Source of the DNA: Thermodesulfovibrionia bacterium
GTDB lineage: Bacteria > Nitrospirota > Thermodesulfovibrionia > UBA6902
Assembly: GCA_020053105.1 (NCBI GenBank)
Contig: JAGVNU010000084.1
Span: forward strand, 65,133-129,132
Direction of reading: 5' to 3'
DNA length: 64,000 nucleotides
Shown here: in pieces, positions 1-10,302 of the stretch
How positions within the stretch are numbered: position 1 is the first letter of the stretch
Layout of the letters: every line of letters begins with the position of its first letter
The notes under the pieces: generated by a model
Told to the model about the DNA's origin: nothing
Databases searched by the model: none
What the model saw: only the letters and a program-made list of their open reading frames with translations
Position numbers and translations under genes: made by a program

Positions 1-248
1 TTGTTCTGGATATGGGCATTTAACAGGCTGTTTTGGATGACTAAAACCTTCTCTGACAAGTGCAATATCTCCTATAGATAAAGGAACTTAAGGCTTTCAA
101 AGGGTAACATAATGCCATATTTATTTACAACAGACTTGCTGGTTAAGTAAATGCCGGTTGCAATTTTTTTGGTGACAAATGGCTTAAATACCTGTACAAT
201 TATCTTACCTAAAAAACGGCTGGGAGCTGCCAGTCAAAAGGAGTACAT

Positions 249-545
249 ATGGAGGACTCGGACGACCCTGTGGTAGAAGAAAAAGACGTACCTTCGTTTA
301 ACATTATTGAAGAAAAGATAAAGGCGATTGATAATACGATTATCATATATCGGGTATACTATTTTTTCAGTTCACGTATATTCAGGTTTCAGCTGATAAA
401 AAAGGACAAGATGTGCATGATTGAATTTCCGAGGAATTTTCTGGAAAGTTTGAGCAAAGACGGCACAACATCTGAGCAGCAGTTACTTAGAATACTGGAT
501 TTAAATATAGAGAATGCCGAATGCTGGAATGATTTTGAGGGATAA
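249..545 (+). CDS. hypothetical protein (98 aa)
   Basis: ORF preceded by an AAGGAG-type Shine-Dalgarno (aaaaggagtacat) just before the ATG. I recognise no motif. Confidence 0.4.
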   Translation: MEDSDDPVVEEKDVPSFNIIEEKIKAIDNTIIIYRVYYFFSSRIFRFQLIKKDKMCMIEFPRNFLESLSKDGTTSEQQLLRILDLNIENAECWNDFEG

Positions 546-818
546 TTCGGAACTCTCCCCCGGTGTTTTTGTTGTAAAATAACTATTCAACCGAAAACCG
601 CTGACTGATGAATCTATCTTGACCCGGAAAATGCATATTTGATTTCGGGGCTAAATGCGTTTCATGGGATGTTTATTGACCTTCTGGATTAGATCTTACT
701 ATAATTACGAAGGCCACAGTTGCAGCCTGTTACTTGAAATTGTGACCTTCCGTGAATTCTATATGGGTGAATAAAAACCTTAAAGCCGCAGTTAGAGTAA
801 GCAGAGAGGAATGCATAA

Positions 819-2231
819 ATGCCTAAACCGGGGATAAAAGTGTACTCAGTATTACTCGCAGGAGGAACAGGCTCACGCCTATGGCCTATTTCAAGAGAGC
901 TTTATCCGAAGCAGCTTGTCAATCTCGTCGGCGCTGATTCTCTGGTCCAGTCCACTATCAAAAGGCTGCTTCCTGAACTGGACGCCGCCAATGTACGGAT
1001 TGTGTGCGGAGAAGAACACTTTTATGAGATAGCAAGACATCTTGAAGAAATCAAAGTCCCGGCAGCCGGCAAGATAATAAGCGAGCCCTGCGGCCGGAAC
1101 ACGGCCCCTGCAATATTGCTTGCAACTCTCAATATTTTGAAGAAGGAAAAGGATGCTGTGGTTCTGGTATTCCCTTCGGACCATGTTATCCGTGATGCCG
1201 AAGGATTTCGTGAGCGCCTAAAGAAAGCCGTTTCTCTTGCCCAAAAGAATTATATAGTGACCTTTGGCATAAAACCTGATGCCCCCGAAACCGGCTATGG
1301 ATATATTGAAGGGGCCAAACGGGTAGATAAAGACGCCCTTGCAGTAAAAAGGTTTGTGGAGAAGCCGGACGAAAAGACCGCTGAGAAATATCTCAAGGCT
1401 GGAAACTTCTTCTGGAACAGCGGCATGTTTGCGTTCAAGGCCTCAGTTATGATCAGTGAGTTCAGGACATACGAGTCGGCGCTTCTTAAAAAAATGCAAA
1501 AAATTGTTTCATCCAGGGCAAAGATAACAGCCGCGCAATATTGTGAGCTGCCCGATATATCAATTGATTACGCCATAATGGAGAAGACGAAAAAAGGGGT
1601 GGTGCTCCCTTCTGATTTTGGATGGAGTGATATCGGTTCCTGGAAGTCCCTCTATGATTTCCTGCCCAAAGGCGACTTTAACAATGTAGTGGAAGGAGAC
1701 GTTATTCTCCAGGAGACAAGTAACTGTTTTATAAGAGCGGACAACAGACTTATCGTGGCAAACGACCTTCAGGACATTGTCATAGTTGAAACACCTGATA
1801 CGGTCTTTGTCTCAGGCCTCCAGAAAAGCAAAAACGTCAAGTCCATAGTCAGTGATCTAAAGAAGCAGGGACGCAAGGAGTGCAAGGCGCATTTAAAAGT
1901 ATACCGTCCATGGGGAACGTATACGATCCTGGAGGAAAACGGGAATACGAAGATAAAAAGGATCGTCGTATATCCGGGGGCCAAACTGTCCATGCAGATG
2001 CACCACCACAGGAGCGAGCACTGGATAGTGGTGCACGGCACGGCAAAGATCGTTAACGGCGACCAGGTGATATTCCTGGAAGAAAACCAGTCCACCTATG
2101 TTCCCAAGACCACGCGTCACCGGCTTGAAAACCCGGGCAAGGTGCCTCTTCACTTAATCGAAGTCCAGATCGGGCCTTATCTTGAAGAGGATGATATTGT
2201 GCGTTATGGTGATGATTTTGGAAGGGAGTAG
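819..2231 (+). CDS. manC: mannose-1-phosphate guanylyltransferase / mannose-6-phosphate isomerase (bifunctional, cupin C-terminus)
   Basis: N-terminal nucleotidyltransferase motif LAGGTGSRLWPISR, FVEKPD, and a C-terminal cupin HHHRSEHWIVVHG. The 470-aa length is typical of the ManC/CpsB/XanB family. Confidence 0.9.
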   Translation: MPKPGIKVYSVLLAGGTGSRLWPISRELYPKQLVNLVGADSLVQSTIKRLLPELDAANVRIVCGEEHFYEIARHLEEIKVPAAGKIISEPCGRNTAPAILLATLNILKKEKDAVVLVFPSDHVIRDAEGFRERLKKAVSLAQKNYIVTFGIKPDAPETGYGYIEGAKRVDKDALAVKRFVEKPDEKTAEKYLKAGNFFWNSGMFAFKASVMISEFRTYESALLKKMQKIVSSRAKITAAQYCELPDISIDYAIMEKTKKGVVLPSDFGWSDIGSWKSLYDFLPKGDFNNVVEGDVILQETSNCFIRADNRLIVANDLQDIVIVETPDTVFVSGLQKSKNVKSIVSDLKKQGRKECKAHLKVYRPWGTYTILEENGNTKIKRIVVYPGAKLSMQMHHHRSEHWIVVHGTAKIVNGDQVIFLEENQSTYVPKTTRHRLENPGKVPLHLIEVQIGPYLEEDDIVRYGDDFGRE

Positions 2232-2240
2232 GATATTGCA

Positions 2241-2260
2241 GGGGCGTATTGCAATATGCC
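2241..2260. repeat. REP-like GGGGCG-stem hairpin (ggggcgtattgcaatatgcc) between the convergent manC and tyrS
   Basis: Imperfect palindrome sharing the gtattgcaata core with the perfect copy at 28872-28901. Confidence 0.5.
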
Positions 2261-2267
2261 AATACAG

Positions 2268-3482
2268 TTAAGATGTAATCTTTAAAAACCTTCTCTTCCC
2301 GACTTTAAGGAGATACTCCCCTGGGGAAAGTTTTTTATCAGGGTCTGTCCACTTTTCATCATCCACGCTGACCCCGCCCTGTTTTATGAGCCTCATGGCC
2401 TCTCCGGTGCTTTTGGCAAGGCCGGCCTCTTTCATGAGAGCGGGAAGCCAGATGTCCTCGTCTTTGTTTGCAATATTAAATACCGGAATGTCTTCGGGCA
2501 GACCTTTATTCCTGAAAATATTTTCGAATTCATCCCTCGCGTATATCGCGGTTTCAGTATCGTAATATCTTTCTACAAGCTCGACTGCCAGAGACTTCTT
2601 TGCCTCCATGGGATGGACCGATCCGTTTTTGAGTCCCTCTTTCAGTTCAGCCAGTTCATCAAGAGAAATGTGGCTGAGCAGTTCGTAATACCTCAGCATT
2701 AATTCGTCGCTGACAGACATGACCTTTCCGAATATCTCTTTAGGCGGTTCGGAAATCCCTATATAATTACCGAGACTCTTCGACATTTTTTTAATTCCGT
2801 CTGTTCCTTCAAGGAGGGGCATGATAACAAGCACCTGCTGCTCCTGTCCGTAATCCTGCTGCAGTTCCCTGCCCATCAAAAGGTTGAATCTCTGGTCTGT
2901 CCCGCCCAACTCTATGTCTGATTTGAGCGCCACGGAGTCATACCCCTGAAGGAGGGGATAGATAAATTCATGGATGCCTATCGGATTATGATTTGCAAAG
3001 CGCTGCTTAAAGTCCTCCCGTTCCAGCATCCTTGCAACAGTCTGCCTGGACTGGAGTCTGATTGTCTCCATCAGGGAAAGCTTTTCAAGCCATTCACTGT
3101 TAAACCGCACCTGTGTCTTTTCAGCATCAAGCACCTTGAAGACCTGCTGCTTATAGGTTTCAGCATTCTGTAAAACTTCTTCTCTGGTCAACGGCTTCCT
3201 GATCTCAGACCTTCCGGTGGGGTCGCCGATCATCCCGGTCATGTCGCCGATAATGAGAATGATCTCATGTCCCAGGTCCTGCAGCTGTCTCATCTTTTCG
3301 AGAAGTACGGTATGTCCGAGATGGATGTCGGGAGCGGTAGGATCAAATCCGGCTTTTACTGTAAGCGGCGTCCCTGTCTGATAGGAGCGTTCCAGCTTTT
3401 TTATAAGCTCGTCTTCAAGAAGTATCTCAACAACACCTCTCCTGATTTCGCGGATCTGATCTTCAGGTTTTATTATTTGCAT
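2268..3482 (-). CDS. tyrS: tyrosine--tRNA ligase with C-terminal S4 domain
   Basis: HIGH motif (DIHLGHTV), KMSKS motif (KMSKSLGN) and an S4-like tail. I trimmed the start to the ATG at 3482 ([13 protein letters not shown]...). The 124 extra N-terminal residues of the tracked ORF look non-protein-like. Confidence 0.9.
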   Translation of the reverse strand: MQIIKPEDQIREIRRGVVEILLEDELIKKLERSYQTGTPLTVKAGFDPTAPDIHLGHTVLLEKMRQLQDLGHEIILIIGDMTGMIGDPTGRSEIRKPLTREEVLQNAETYKQQVFKVLDAEKTQVRFNSEWLEKLSLMETIRLQSRQTVARMLEREDFKQRFANHNPIGIHEFIYPLLQGYDSVALKSDIELGGTDQRFNLLMGRELQQDYGQEQQVLVIMPLLEGTDGIKKMSKSLGNYIGISEPPKEIFGKVMSVSDELMLRYYELLSHISLDELAELKEGLKNGSVHPMEAKKSLAVELVERYYDTETAIYARDEFENIFRNKGLPEDIPVFNIANKDEDIWLPALMKEAGLAKSTGEAMRLIKQGGVSVDDEKWTDPDKKLSPGEYLLKVGKRRFLKITS

Positions 3483-3595
3483 AACAGAAAAAGGATACAG
3501 GATTTTTGCCCGAAGATGCAAGGCGCGGCCAACTACGCATGCTCCCCTTGATTTGGAGGAAGACACTGAGTTATGCTGAAGCAGTTTTATCAGCC

Positions 3596-3745
3596 ATGGA
3601 AAATAAAACCAAAATCTGCCACGTCTGCGAAATGCCCATTGAAGATTGCACTTGCTGCTCCGAATGCGGACATATCTGCAGTCTGGATCTTGGAGAACCC
3701 TTTTGCCCGGTCTGTTTCCCTGAAAAGCAATCTGATAATAAATGA
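3596..3745 (+). CDS. small Cys-rich (zinc-ribbon-like) protein, 49 aa
   Basis: [41 protein letters not shown] has 9 Cys arranged as CxxC, CxxC and CxxC pairs. Its TGA stop overlaps the tadA ATG (ATGA). The start is chosen at the internal ATG of the tracked ORF. Confidence 0.45.
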   Translation: MENKTKICHVCEMPIEDCTCCSECGHICSLDLGEPFCPVCFPEKQSDNK

Positions 3746-4206
3746 GTGAGAGAGACGAATATTTCATGCGCCTCGCAATCAAAGAGGCAGAAGCGGCTTT
3801 TGCAAAAGGCGAAGTGCCGGTAGGCGCCGTCCTGGTAGCTGATGATAAGGTCATGGCCAGAGCCCATAACAGTAAAGAGTCTACAGCTGATCCTACCGCT
3901 CACGCGGAATTACTGGTTATCCGGGAAGGCTCCGTAAAGGGCGGTGAGTGGCGGATGACAGACGCAACACTGTATGTCACCAAAGAACCGTGCGTCATGT
4001 GCGCAGGGGCCATGCTAAACGCGAGGGTGGGAAGGCTGGTTTACGGATGTAAAGATGAAAGATTCGGCGCGGTAAACAGCCGGTATCAGCTGCTGCATGA
4101 TCCGGGACTTAATCATCAGATCAGGGTCGTTTCCGGAGTACTGGGACATGAGTGCGGGGAGATATTGAAAAAATTTTTCAGGATGCGCAGACTAGCCGGT
4201 GATTAG
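3742..4206 (+). CDS. tadA: tRNA-specific adenosine deaminase
   Basis: CDA zinc motifs HAE (TAHAELLVI) and PCVMCAGA. Size of 154 aa fits. Confidence 0.9.
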   Translation: MSERDEYFMRLAIKEAEAAFAKGEVPVGAVLVADDKVMARAHNSKESTADPTAHAELLVIREGSVKGGEWRMTDATLYVTKEPCVMCAGAMLNARVGRLVYGCKDERFGAVNSRYQLLHDPGLNHQIRVVSGVLGHECGEILKKFFRMRRLAGD

Positions 4207-4239
4207 ACAATCCTGAACATTTGATGTTATTTTAATGCC

Positions 4240-5037
4240 ATGAAAGCAGGTTTCTATCAGTTCGCTCCAGCGTTCGGAGAAAAAGAGAAGAACATAAATA
4301 AGGCTGTGTCTGCTATAAATGATGCGGATGTCCAGCTCCTTGTGCTTCCGGAATTTTTTGCTACGGGGTATCAGTTTATCTCTAAAGATGAGGTGGCTGA
4401 ACTTTCAGAACCGGTCCCAAACGGTAATACCACGCAGGCCCTTATGCAGTTATCGCATGAGAAAAACATTTATATCGTTGCCGGGCTTCCTGAGAGGGCC
4501 GGGGACAAATTTTATAATTCGGCAGTCTTCACCGGGCCGGAGGGGTTTATCGGCCTTTACCGGAAGACGCATCTTTTCTTTGAAGAGACACTCTACTTTA
4601 CTCCCGGGGATACAGGCTTTAAAGTCTGGAACACAAAGATCGGCCGCATAGGCATAAAGATATGCTTTGACTGGTTCTTCCCCGAATCCATGAGGAGCCT
4701 CGCTCTTCTTGGCGCTGAGGTAGTCGCCCATCCTGCAAACCTTGTCCTGCCTTTCTGCCCTGACTCCATGCCGGTAAGGTGTCTGGAAAACAGGGTGTTT
4801 GCCGTTACCGCGAATCGCATCGGCACGGAGCACAGAAAGAAAGACCATTCTCTCACGTTCATAGGCAAAAGCGAAGTTGTTTCACCCAGAGGGGAAATCC
4901 TTGTCAGGGCCCCGGATGATGAAGAGGCGCTGATGGTTGTGGATATTGATCCGGAGATGGCACGGGACAAGGAGTTGAATCCGTATAATGATCTGTTGAA
5001 GGCCAGAAGGCCTGATCAGTATGGGCCGCTGTTTTAA
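4240..5037 (+). CDS. carbon-nitrogen hydrolase family protein (nitrilase/amidohydrolase superfamily)
   Basis: The Glu-Lys-Cys triad context is present: LPEFF, YRKTHLF, ICFDWFFPE. Confidence 0.85.
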   Translation: MKAGFYQFAPAFGEKEKNINKAVSAINDADVQLLVLPEFFATGYQFISKDEVAELSEPVPNGNTTQALMQLSHEKNIYIVAGLPERAGDKFYNSAVFTGPEGFIGLYRKTHLFFEETLYFTPGDTGFKVWNTKIGRIGIKICFDWFFPESMRSLALLGAEVVAHPANLVLPFCPDSMPVRCLENRVFAVTANRIGTEHRKKDHSLTFIGKSEVVSPRGEILVRAPDDEEALMVVDIDPEMARDKELNPYNDLLKARRPDQYGPLF

Positions 5038-5112
5038 ACTAACTCTTCGTCAAGGTCGTTTCTTGTGTCTTATAAAAACTCAATTTTCAAGCCTGACACG
5101 GCGGCCTGGTCT

Positions 5113-6333
5113 TCATGGCAACTGTGAAAGCCACTGATATGCGGGCGCTATAAGTGTCTTGTTCCCGCCATTTGAGGCAAGCCTGTAACTGTCCCCTTCG
5201 TTTGTAAGCTGTACTGCCGGTATGTTCAATGCGCGCTGAAAAATCTGCAGTGATTTCGAAGGCTGTTCGTCAGCGATTTTTGCTTCGATCAGAAGGAAGG
5301 GTTCTCTGTAATTTGCAAGCAGAAAATCTACTTCCTGTTTTTCCTTGTTCTTGATAAAATGCAGAGAGAAATCCCCGTATCCCATGTCATTCCATAATGT
5401 GACCGCCCTGTAGAGTTCTATGGCAACCATGTTTTCAAATCGTGCAGAAGGGGCCTTTATCCTCGGAGCATCCCAGAGATAAACCTTCCTCTCCTTCTGA
5501 ATGGCGCGGGTAATCTTTTCTGTCCATGTCGGGATACTGAAGACAAGAAAGAACCGCTCAAATACATCAAGCCAGTTTCTGACCGTATTGTAGGACACCT
5601 TCAGGTCATTTGCGAGCGACTGCACAGAAAGCGGACTGCCTGTCTTTGACGGTAGCAGTAAGTAAAGTGTCTCCACATCAATAATTGATTTCATATCAAC
5701 AATGTCCCTTATATCCTCCCGGATTAACTGACGCGAATAGGTATTGGACCAGCGCCGGTATGTTGTTGCCTTTCCCGAAAGATATGGTTCAGGAAATCCG
5801 CTGAGGTCTGAAAGCGTATTCCAGATTTCTTTGTTCTTTTTTGCATGTTCCATACTAATATTCAAAGGATTTTCAAGAAAGGCCTCTATCTTGACATTGT
5901 TACTCCCAAGCTCTGCTATAGTGAAAGGGAATAAATGGAACATATAATAACGCCCTGCCAGAGAGTCGCCGCCTTTCTGATATATATCAAGCCTGCCGCT
6001 GCCTGAAACAATAAATTTATAGTCTTCGTGAAACTGATCATATATGCCCTTCAGATAGTTTTTCCAGTCCTTGTACTTGTGGATCTCATCAAGGATGATC
6101 AGTGGATTTGAGGTGTCTTTTCTTTTGATACTTTCAAAAAAAACAGGATTTGAAAAGAAGAGTGTGCGATGTTCTGCAATGTCCCAGTTGAAATAATAGT
6201 TGTTTGTATAAGAGCGTGCGATAAGTTTGGAGAGGGTAGTTTTGCCGGCCTGCCGGGGGCCGGCAATAAAGATCATGCTTTTCCCGGCAGCAAGCTCCTG
6301 CCATATCTTTATATAAAAGCGGCGGTTATGCAT
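5113..6333 (-). CDS. AAA+ ATPase, DUF4143-type ATP-binding protein
   Basis: Walker A GPRQAGKTTL and Walker B-like IILDEIH. The 406-aa architecture is typical of the AAA_14/DUF4143 family. Confidence 0.8.
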   Translation of the reverse strand: MHNRRFYIKIWQELAAGKSMIFIAGPRQAGKTTLSKLIARSYTNNYYFNWDIAEHRTLFFSNPVFFESIKRKDTSNPLIILDEIHKYKDWKNYLKGIYDQFHEDYKFIVSGSGRLDIYQKGGDSLAGRYYMFHLFPFTIAELGSNNVKIEAFLENPLNISMEHAKKNKEIWNTLSDLSGFPEPYLSGKATTYRRWSNTYSRQLIREDIRDIVDMKSIIDVETLYLLLPSKTGSPLSVQSLANDLKVSYNTVRNWLDVFERFFLVFSIPTWTEKITRAIQKERKVYLWDAPRIKAPSARFENMVAIELYRAVTLWNDMGYGDFSLHFIKNKEKQEVDFLLANYREPFLLIEAKIADEQPSKSLQIFQRALNIPAVQLTNEGDSYRLASNGGNKTLIAPAYQWLSQLP

Positions 6334-6446
6334 ATACCCATTTTACACATCACTGAAAAATAGTCAAGACTATATTTAATTGTACTGAAATATAGTCAAT
6401 ATGTCTCTTGGCCCCCATCCTTCTTTGATGGGGGTCAAGATATCAT

Positions 6447-7286
6447 CTATAAATGCGGCCTTAAATCTTCCGGCAGACTGTATTCCCTGACCTCACCGCT
6501 GACAGGGCAGATAAAGGACAGGTAACAGGCTGTCAACTGCAGGTCTTCAGTATCAGGGCCCTGCCCATACATACGGTCTCCGACAACCGGGAAACCGATA
6601 CTGCTGAGATGCCGGCGGATCTGGTGCTTGCGCCCTGTTTCGATGCGGACTTCCAGCAGTGTGCGGTCTGATATCGAATCATATTTTATATAATGCACAT
6701 GGGTCAGGGCGGAACGGTTATCCAAGTCTTTATCTATGGTCAGAGGGCTGTCCTTTTCCGGGAACCGGCCTTTCACAATCACCTGATATTTTTTTATCAG
6801 TGCCCTCTCCTGAAACAGTTTTGACAGGGCTGCAGCTATTGTCTTCTTATGGGCGATGAGGATCAGGCCTGTGGCGGCACGGTCAAGCCGGTGGACAATA
6901 AAGGCCGGCCGCTGCGGGACCAGGTGCTGCTCTACCCAGCGGTTAATGGAAAAATGGTCCCCCCATCTAGAGCCCTGTGACAGCATCCCGTATGGTTTGC
7001 ACCAGACACTGTAACTGCCTTCATCAGCAAACAGCTGTGGCGGATCGACCTGCTTAAGGAGTATCTTTTCATTGTAATAGAGATAAAGTTTGTCCCCCTC
7101 TTTCATCACTCTGTCCATACGACGCAGCCGACGGGTGCCGCGCTTATTGGTCAGCCACACAGCCCCCTTCTGCATGGCCTGTTTTACGCGTGACTTTGAA
7201 AGACCGGAGGCTTCAGCAAGCAGGTCTGCCGCGGTTTCATGACTGGTTGTTATATTGATACTGCATTCAAATTTGTCTATGGGCAT
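6447..7286 (-). CDS. RluA-family pseudouridine synthase with N-terminal S4-like domain
   Basis: Catalytic motif HRLDRAATGL and conserved ETGRKHQIRRHL. Confidence 0.85.
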   Translation of the reverse strand: MPIDKFECSINITTSHETAADLLAEASGLSKSRVKQAMQKGAVWLTNKRGTRRLRRMDRVMKEGDKLYLYYNEKILLKQVDPPQLFADEGSYSVWCKPYGMLSQGSRWGDHFSINRWVEQHLVPQRPAFIVHRLDRAATGLILIAHKKTIAAALSKLFQERALIKKYQVIVKGRFPEKDSPLTIDKDLDNRSALTHVHYIKYDSISDRTLLEVRIETGRKHQIRRHLSSIGFPVVGDRMYGQGPDTEDLQLTACYLSFICPVSGEVREYSLPEDLRPHL

Positions 7287-7338
7287 TAGAATTGATGGTC
7301 CTTTTGTTTGTCAGATAGTATGCTTGATAATCTGATAA

Positions 7339-8490
7339 TTAGGGAGACAGGGCCTGTTTATTTGATAAATGGGATGTGGTCCCGGATTTTCCCTTCGCAT
7401 GCAGCGTAACACGGAGTATCTCTCCGGGATGCCACAGGCGCATGCGCGGGCCCCACGTGCCTGTACCCCTGCAGACGATGACCGTCATGCCGTCCACTTT
7501 GTACCGTCCCCCGAGCAGAGGATAAATGCGCTGCACAAGATAGCCGAAGGGCCATATCTGTCCTCCATGTGTATGACCGGAGAGCATCAGGCCGACACCG
7601 TCATGTGCGATCCTGTCAGCATACCACGGTGTATGGGAGAAAAGGATAGTTGCACCCGGCGGCCGCTCTGCAAGTGCCTTTGAGATGGGATCACCGCCCT
7701 GACCGGAACGGTGGTTGGCTGTAAGGTCTTCCACGCCTGCAAGTACGAGGGATGGTCGGACTTCGGTCCACGAGTTGTTAAGCACCCGCAGTCCATCATA
7801 ATTTATGAGGGACGCGTTTGTATTATTGCGCCCATGGAACTCATGGTTCCCCAGAACAGCCCATACGCCCATTGGCGCGGAAAGACGGCCCAGGACCGCA
7901 ATCAGTTCCTCATCGGGCCGGTCGTGTCCTTCGAATATATCCCCAAGGAGGACCACGAGATCGGGTTTCTGATCCTGCACCTGTACGACACGCGCCTCCA
8001 GCCACTGCCTGCTGATCAGTGTTCCTATGTGCAGGTCGGACATGGCGACAATTACTGTGCCGTCCATCTCAGGAGGAAGATTGGAGAGATTAACATCATA
8101 GTTTTGGATCACCGGCGGTCGAAGTCCCTGTACAAGCGCGACCACCGAAAGCGCTGCGCCTGCAGCAAGAGCACAGCCACGCAGGACAGGAGCCATCCGG
8201 GGCAGGACAAAGCCAAACATGGTAATGATGTCAACTAAAAGCAGTGAGACAGTCAAAAGGAAAACAACCGCCATCCAGTTCATTCCGAGAAATTCCAGAG
8301 TACCGGCAAAAGTGCCCGTACTCCCATGACCAATGAAGCGTCCGAGGAAAAAGACAGCCCATAGGACCATGCCCGTACCGATGAGGAGTTTTCCGGAGAC
8401 GTGGCGTTTCACAAACGGCACCGTGGAAGCGCGCCAGAAAACATAAATGTGCATCACAGTGATAATGGTCAGAAGAATAGTTCCAAACAC
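7339..8490 (-). CDS. membrane-anchored metallophosphoesterase (YkuE-like)
   Basis: N-terminal TM helices, then DLHIG, GDIFEG, GNHE and GHTHGGQ. Confidence 0.85.
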   Translation of the reverse strand: MFGTILLTIITVMHIYVFWRASTVPFVKRHVSGKLLIGTGMVLWAVFFLGRFIGHGSTGTFAGTLEFLGMNWMAVVFLLTVSLLLVDIITMFGFVLPRMAPVLRGCALAAGAALSVVALVQGLRPPVIQNYDVNLSNLPPEMDGTVIVAMSDLHIGTLISRQWLEARVVQVQDQKPDLVVLLGDIFEGHDRPDEELIAVLGRLSAPMGVWAVLGNHEFHGRNNTNASLINYDGLRVLNNSWTEVRPSLVLAGVEDLTANHRSGQGGDPISKALAERPPGATILFSHTPWYADRIAHDGVGLMLSGHTHGGQIWPFGYLVQRIYPLLGGRYKVDGMTVIVCRGTGTWGPRMRLWHPGEILRVTLHAKGKSGTTSHLSNKQALSP

Positions 8491-8745
8491 AAAGCCTCTC
8501 TGGAATGAATCTGATTTCTTCCCTATTGTAACATCTGTCTCCCGCCGATTTTGTGTTTCGCTTTGTGGTATTATGGTACGGTTGCTCTGCGGCAGGACGG
8601 CACTGCTGTTCTTTTCCCGAACTGAAAGCTGATTGCCGAGAGCTGCTTTAAGTTTGAGGGGGATTCAGATTATCACAACTCAATTTTCAAGTCTGGCCCC
8701 GGCGGCTCTTCCTCATTGCATGGTGATCGTCTTGTTTCTGATCTA

Positions 8746-9213
8746 CTAACGTCTTAATTCACGAGGTACATTCTTCAGCCATCCCACATCCATTACAGCC
8801 CAAAAACCAGCGAGAATTGCCTCCGCTGTATCGTGTCTGAGAGAAACAGGCCGGGACAAGCCGGACCATATAATGATCCTGCGCGCCGGATCATCGGCAT
8901 AATGCTTGGCCTTAAGACCGGTAGTCTGTTCACGGGGATACAAAAGCTTCTGCCGCCACTTTTCAGCGTTGATCTGTATTACGGGAATTTTTCTCCGGTC
9001 AGCTTCACGCTGCCATATCAATGCAAGTGGTCCCCCGCCTTCCAGCACAAGGAAGGAGAGACCAGGAAGACTGTTAAGCAGAGTATTAACCCCGCGCCTC
9101 AGGCTTGCGGCCGATCCAAAGTTTTTGGAACGATACCAGCACAACCGTCCGTCCCGGCCGTAAAGCGCAAGGCCCGTCTTTAATCCTAAATCAACAGCAA
9201 GCAGCGATTCCAT
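8746..9213 (-). CDS. hypothetical protein, possible RNase H-fold (RuvC-like) nuclease
   Basis: Acidic residues are spaced as in RuvC-like folds: AVDLGLKTG, VLEGGG, HDTAEAILAG. This is a pattern-level resemblance only. Confidence 0.4.
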   Translation of the reverse strand: MESLLAVDLGLKTGLALYGRDGRLCWYRSKNFGSAASLRRGVNTLLNSLPGLSFLVLEGGGPLALIWQREADRRKIPVIQINAEKWRQKLLYPREQTTGLKAKHYADDPARRIIIWSGLSRPVSLRHDTAEAILAGFWAVMDVGWLKNVPRELRR

Positions 9214-9383
9214 AAGAAATTCATCTTAACAGATTTACGCAATGGTGCAACAGTATCGCAGCTTTATTTTAGAGAAGAAAAACCTATTGCCATTTTCCCG
9301 GATCGATTGACATTTGTCCTGATCGTGATAATCTGATTATGTATTCAGACGGTATCATGTGAAACCATTATTGGAGGCAGGCC

Positions 9384-9884
9384 ATGAAAGTATTAATCAT
9401 AAGCGCAGATAATTTCGAGGACTCAGAACTTCTTGTTCCCTACTACAGGATGCTTGAAGAAGGGCATAATGTCGATATAGCTTCCATGAAAAAAGGCAAG
9501 ATCAAGGGCAAGCACGGATACGAGGTTGATGCAAACAAGGCACTCAAAGACGTTAATCCCGATGATTATGCCCTCCTCATACTCCCTGGCGGCAAGGCGC
9601 CTGAAGCGATTAGAAAAGAACAAAAAGCTCTCGAAATAGCTGGAAATTTTTTTGACCATAACAAACCTGTTGCAGCAATCTGCCACGGTCCTCAGACATT
9701 GATCTCAGCCGGGCTTATGAAAGGTAAACACGCGACCTGTTATCGCTCGGTCGCGCCGGAGATGAAGGAAGCGGGAGCCAGGTACGAAGATAAAGAAGTA
9801 ATCGTTGACGGCAATCTGATCACATCCCGTCAGCCCTCAGACCTGCCGGCTTTTATGCGAAAGATAATGAGGAAGTTATCCTGA
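9384..9884 (+). CDS. DJ-1/PfpI family intracellular protease/deglycase
   Basis: Nucleophile elbow AAICHGPQ and a typical 166-aa type-1 glutamine amidotransferase-like fold sequence. Confidence 0.9.
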   Translation: MKVLIISADNFEDSELLVPYYRMLEEGHNVDIASMKKGKIKGKHGYEVDANKALKDVNPDDYALLILPGGKAPEAIRKEQKALEIAGNFFDHNKPVAAICHGPQTLISAGLMKGKHATCYRSVAPEMKEAGARYEDKEVIVDGNLITSRQPSDLPAFMRKIMRKLS

Positions 9885-10032
9885 ATATTCCCTCTATTTT
9901 CAGCTTGCCCGGTTTTAATGCTATGCGGTTTTCCCCGAAGTGCTCTATGCCCCCGGTGGCTCTCAATGGGTGGTCCTTGAAAAATTAATTCAAAGCTTGT
10001 AAGATTTATTAACTTTTCAAGGGGAAAGGCTG

Positions 10033-10302
10033 ATGAGAATCCAGATTGATCCACATACGCTTGAAAGAGCTATAGAACGTGGTGCAAGCGAGAACGAAAT
10101 AAAAGATGTACTTATTTCCGGCTTTGATATTCCGGCAAAAAGAAACCGGAGAGGCAAGGCAAAAGCCTATCGGTATAATCAAAAACGACTGAATACTTCC
10201 TTTGAACAGAAGAGAATTGAAGTGATATATACTATCGAAGGTGATAGAATAATTACAGTAACCGTTTATGTGTATTACGGCAGCTGGGAGGAGACAAGAT
10301 GA
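10033..10302 (+). CDS. DUF4258-like putative toxin
   Basis: Small basic protein with a 4-nt ATGA overlap to the next ORF. The N-terminal H..ER..ERG pattern is typical of DUF4258. Confidence 0.6.
   Translation: MRIQIDPHTLERAIERGASENEIKDVLISGFDIPAKRNRRGKAKAYRYNQKRLNTSFEQKRIEVIYTIEGDRIITVTVYVYYGSWEETR

Noticed and set aside
1-248. A possible partial gene running off the left edge on the minus strand (...LSIGDIALVREGFSHPKQPVKCPYPEQ).
   Set aside because: There is no start codon in frame inside the window, and upstream in-frame stops (TGA, TAA) close the frame within the window. That is not enough to call a CDS.
3483-3600. A T-box leader upstream of tyrS.
   Set aside because: The leader is only about 110 nt before it collides with the divergent genes. 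No T-box sequence or specifier-loop architecture is visible.
3483-3854. The 124-residue N-terminal extension of the tracked tyrS ORF (2268-3854).
   Set aside because: The extension has no similarity to TyrRS and is compositionally odd. It overlaps the Cys-rich ORF and the tadA start on the other strand. A canonical MQIIKPEDQ start exists at 3482.
7339-8490. The two membrane metallophosphoesterase paralogs (7339-8490 and 60967-62103) as a possible duplicated system.
   Set aside because: They share architecture but are clearly diverged and sit in unrelated housekeeping contexts. This is ordinary paralogy, not a repeat or a system.
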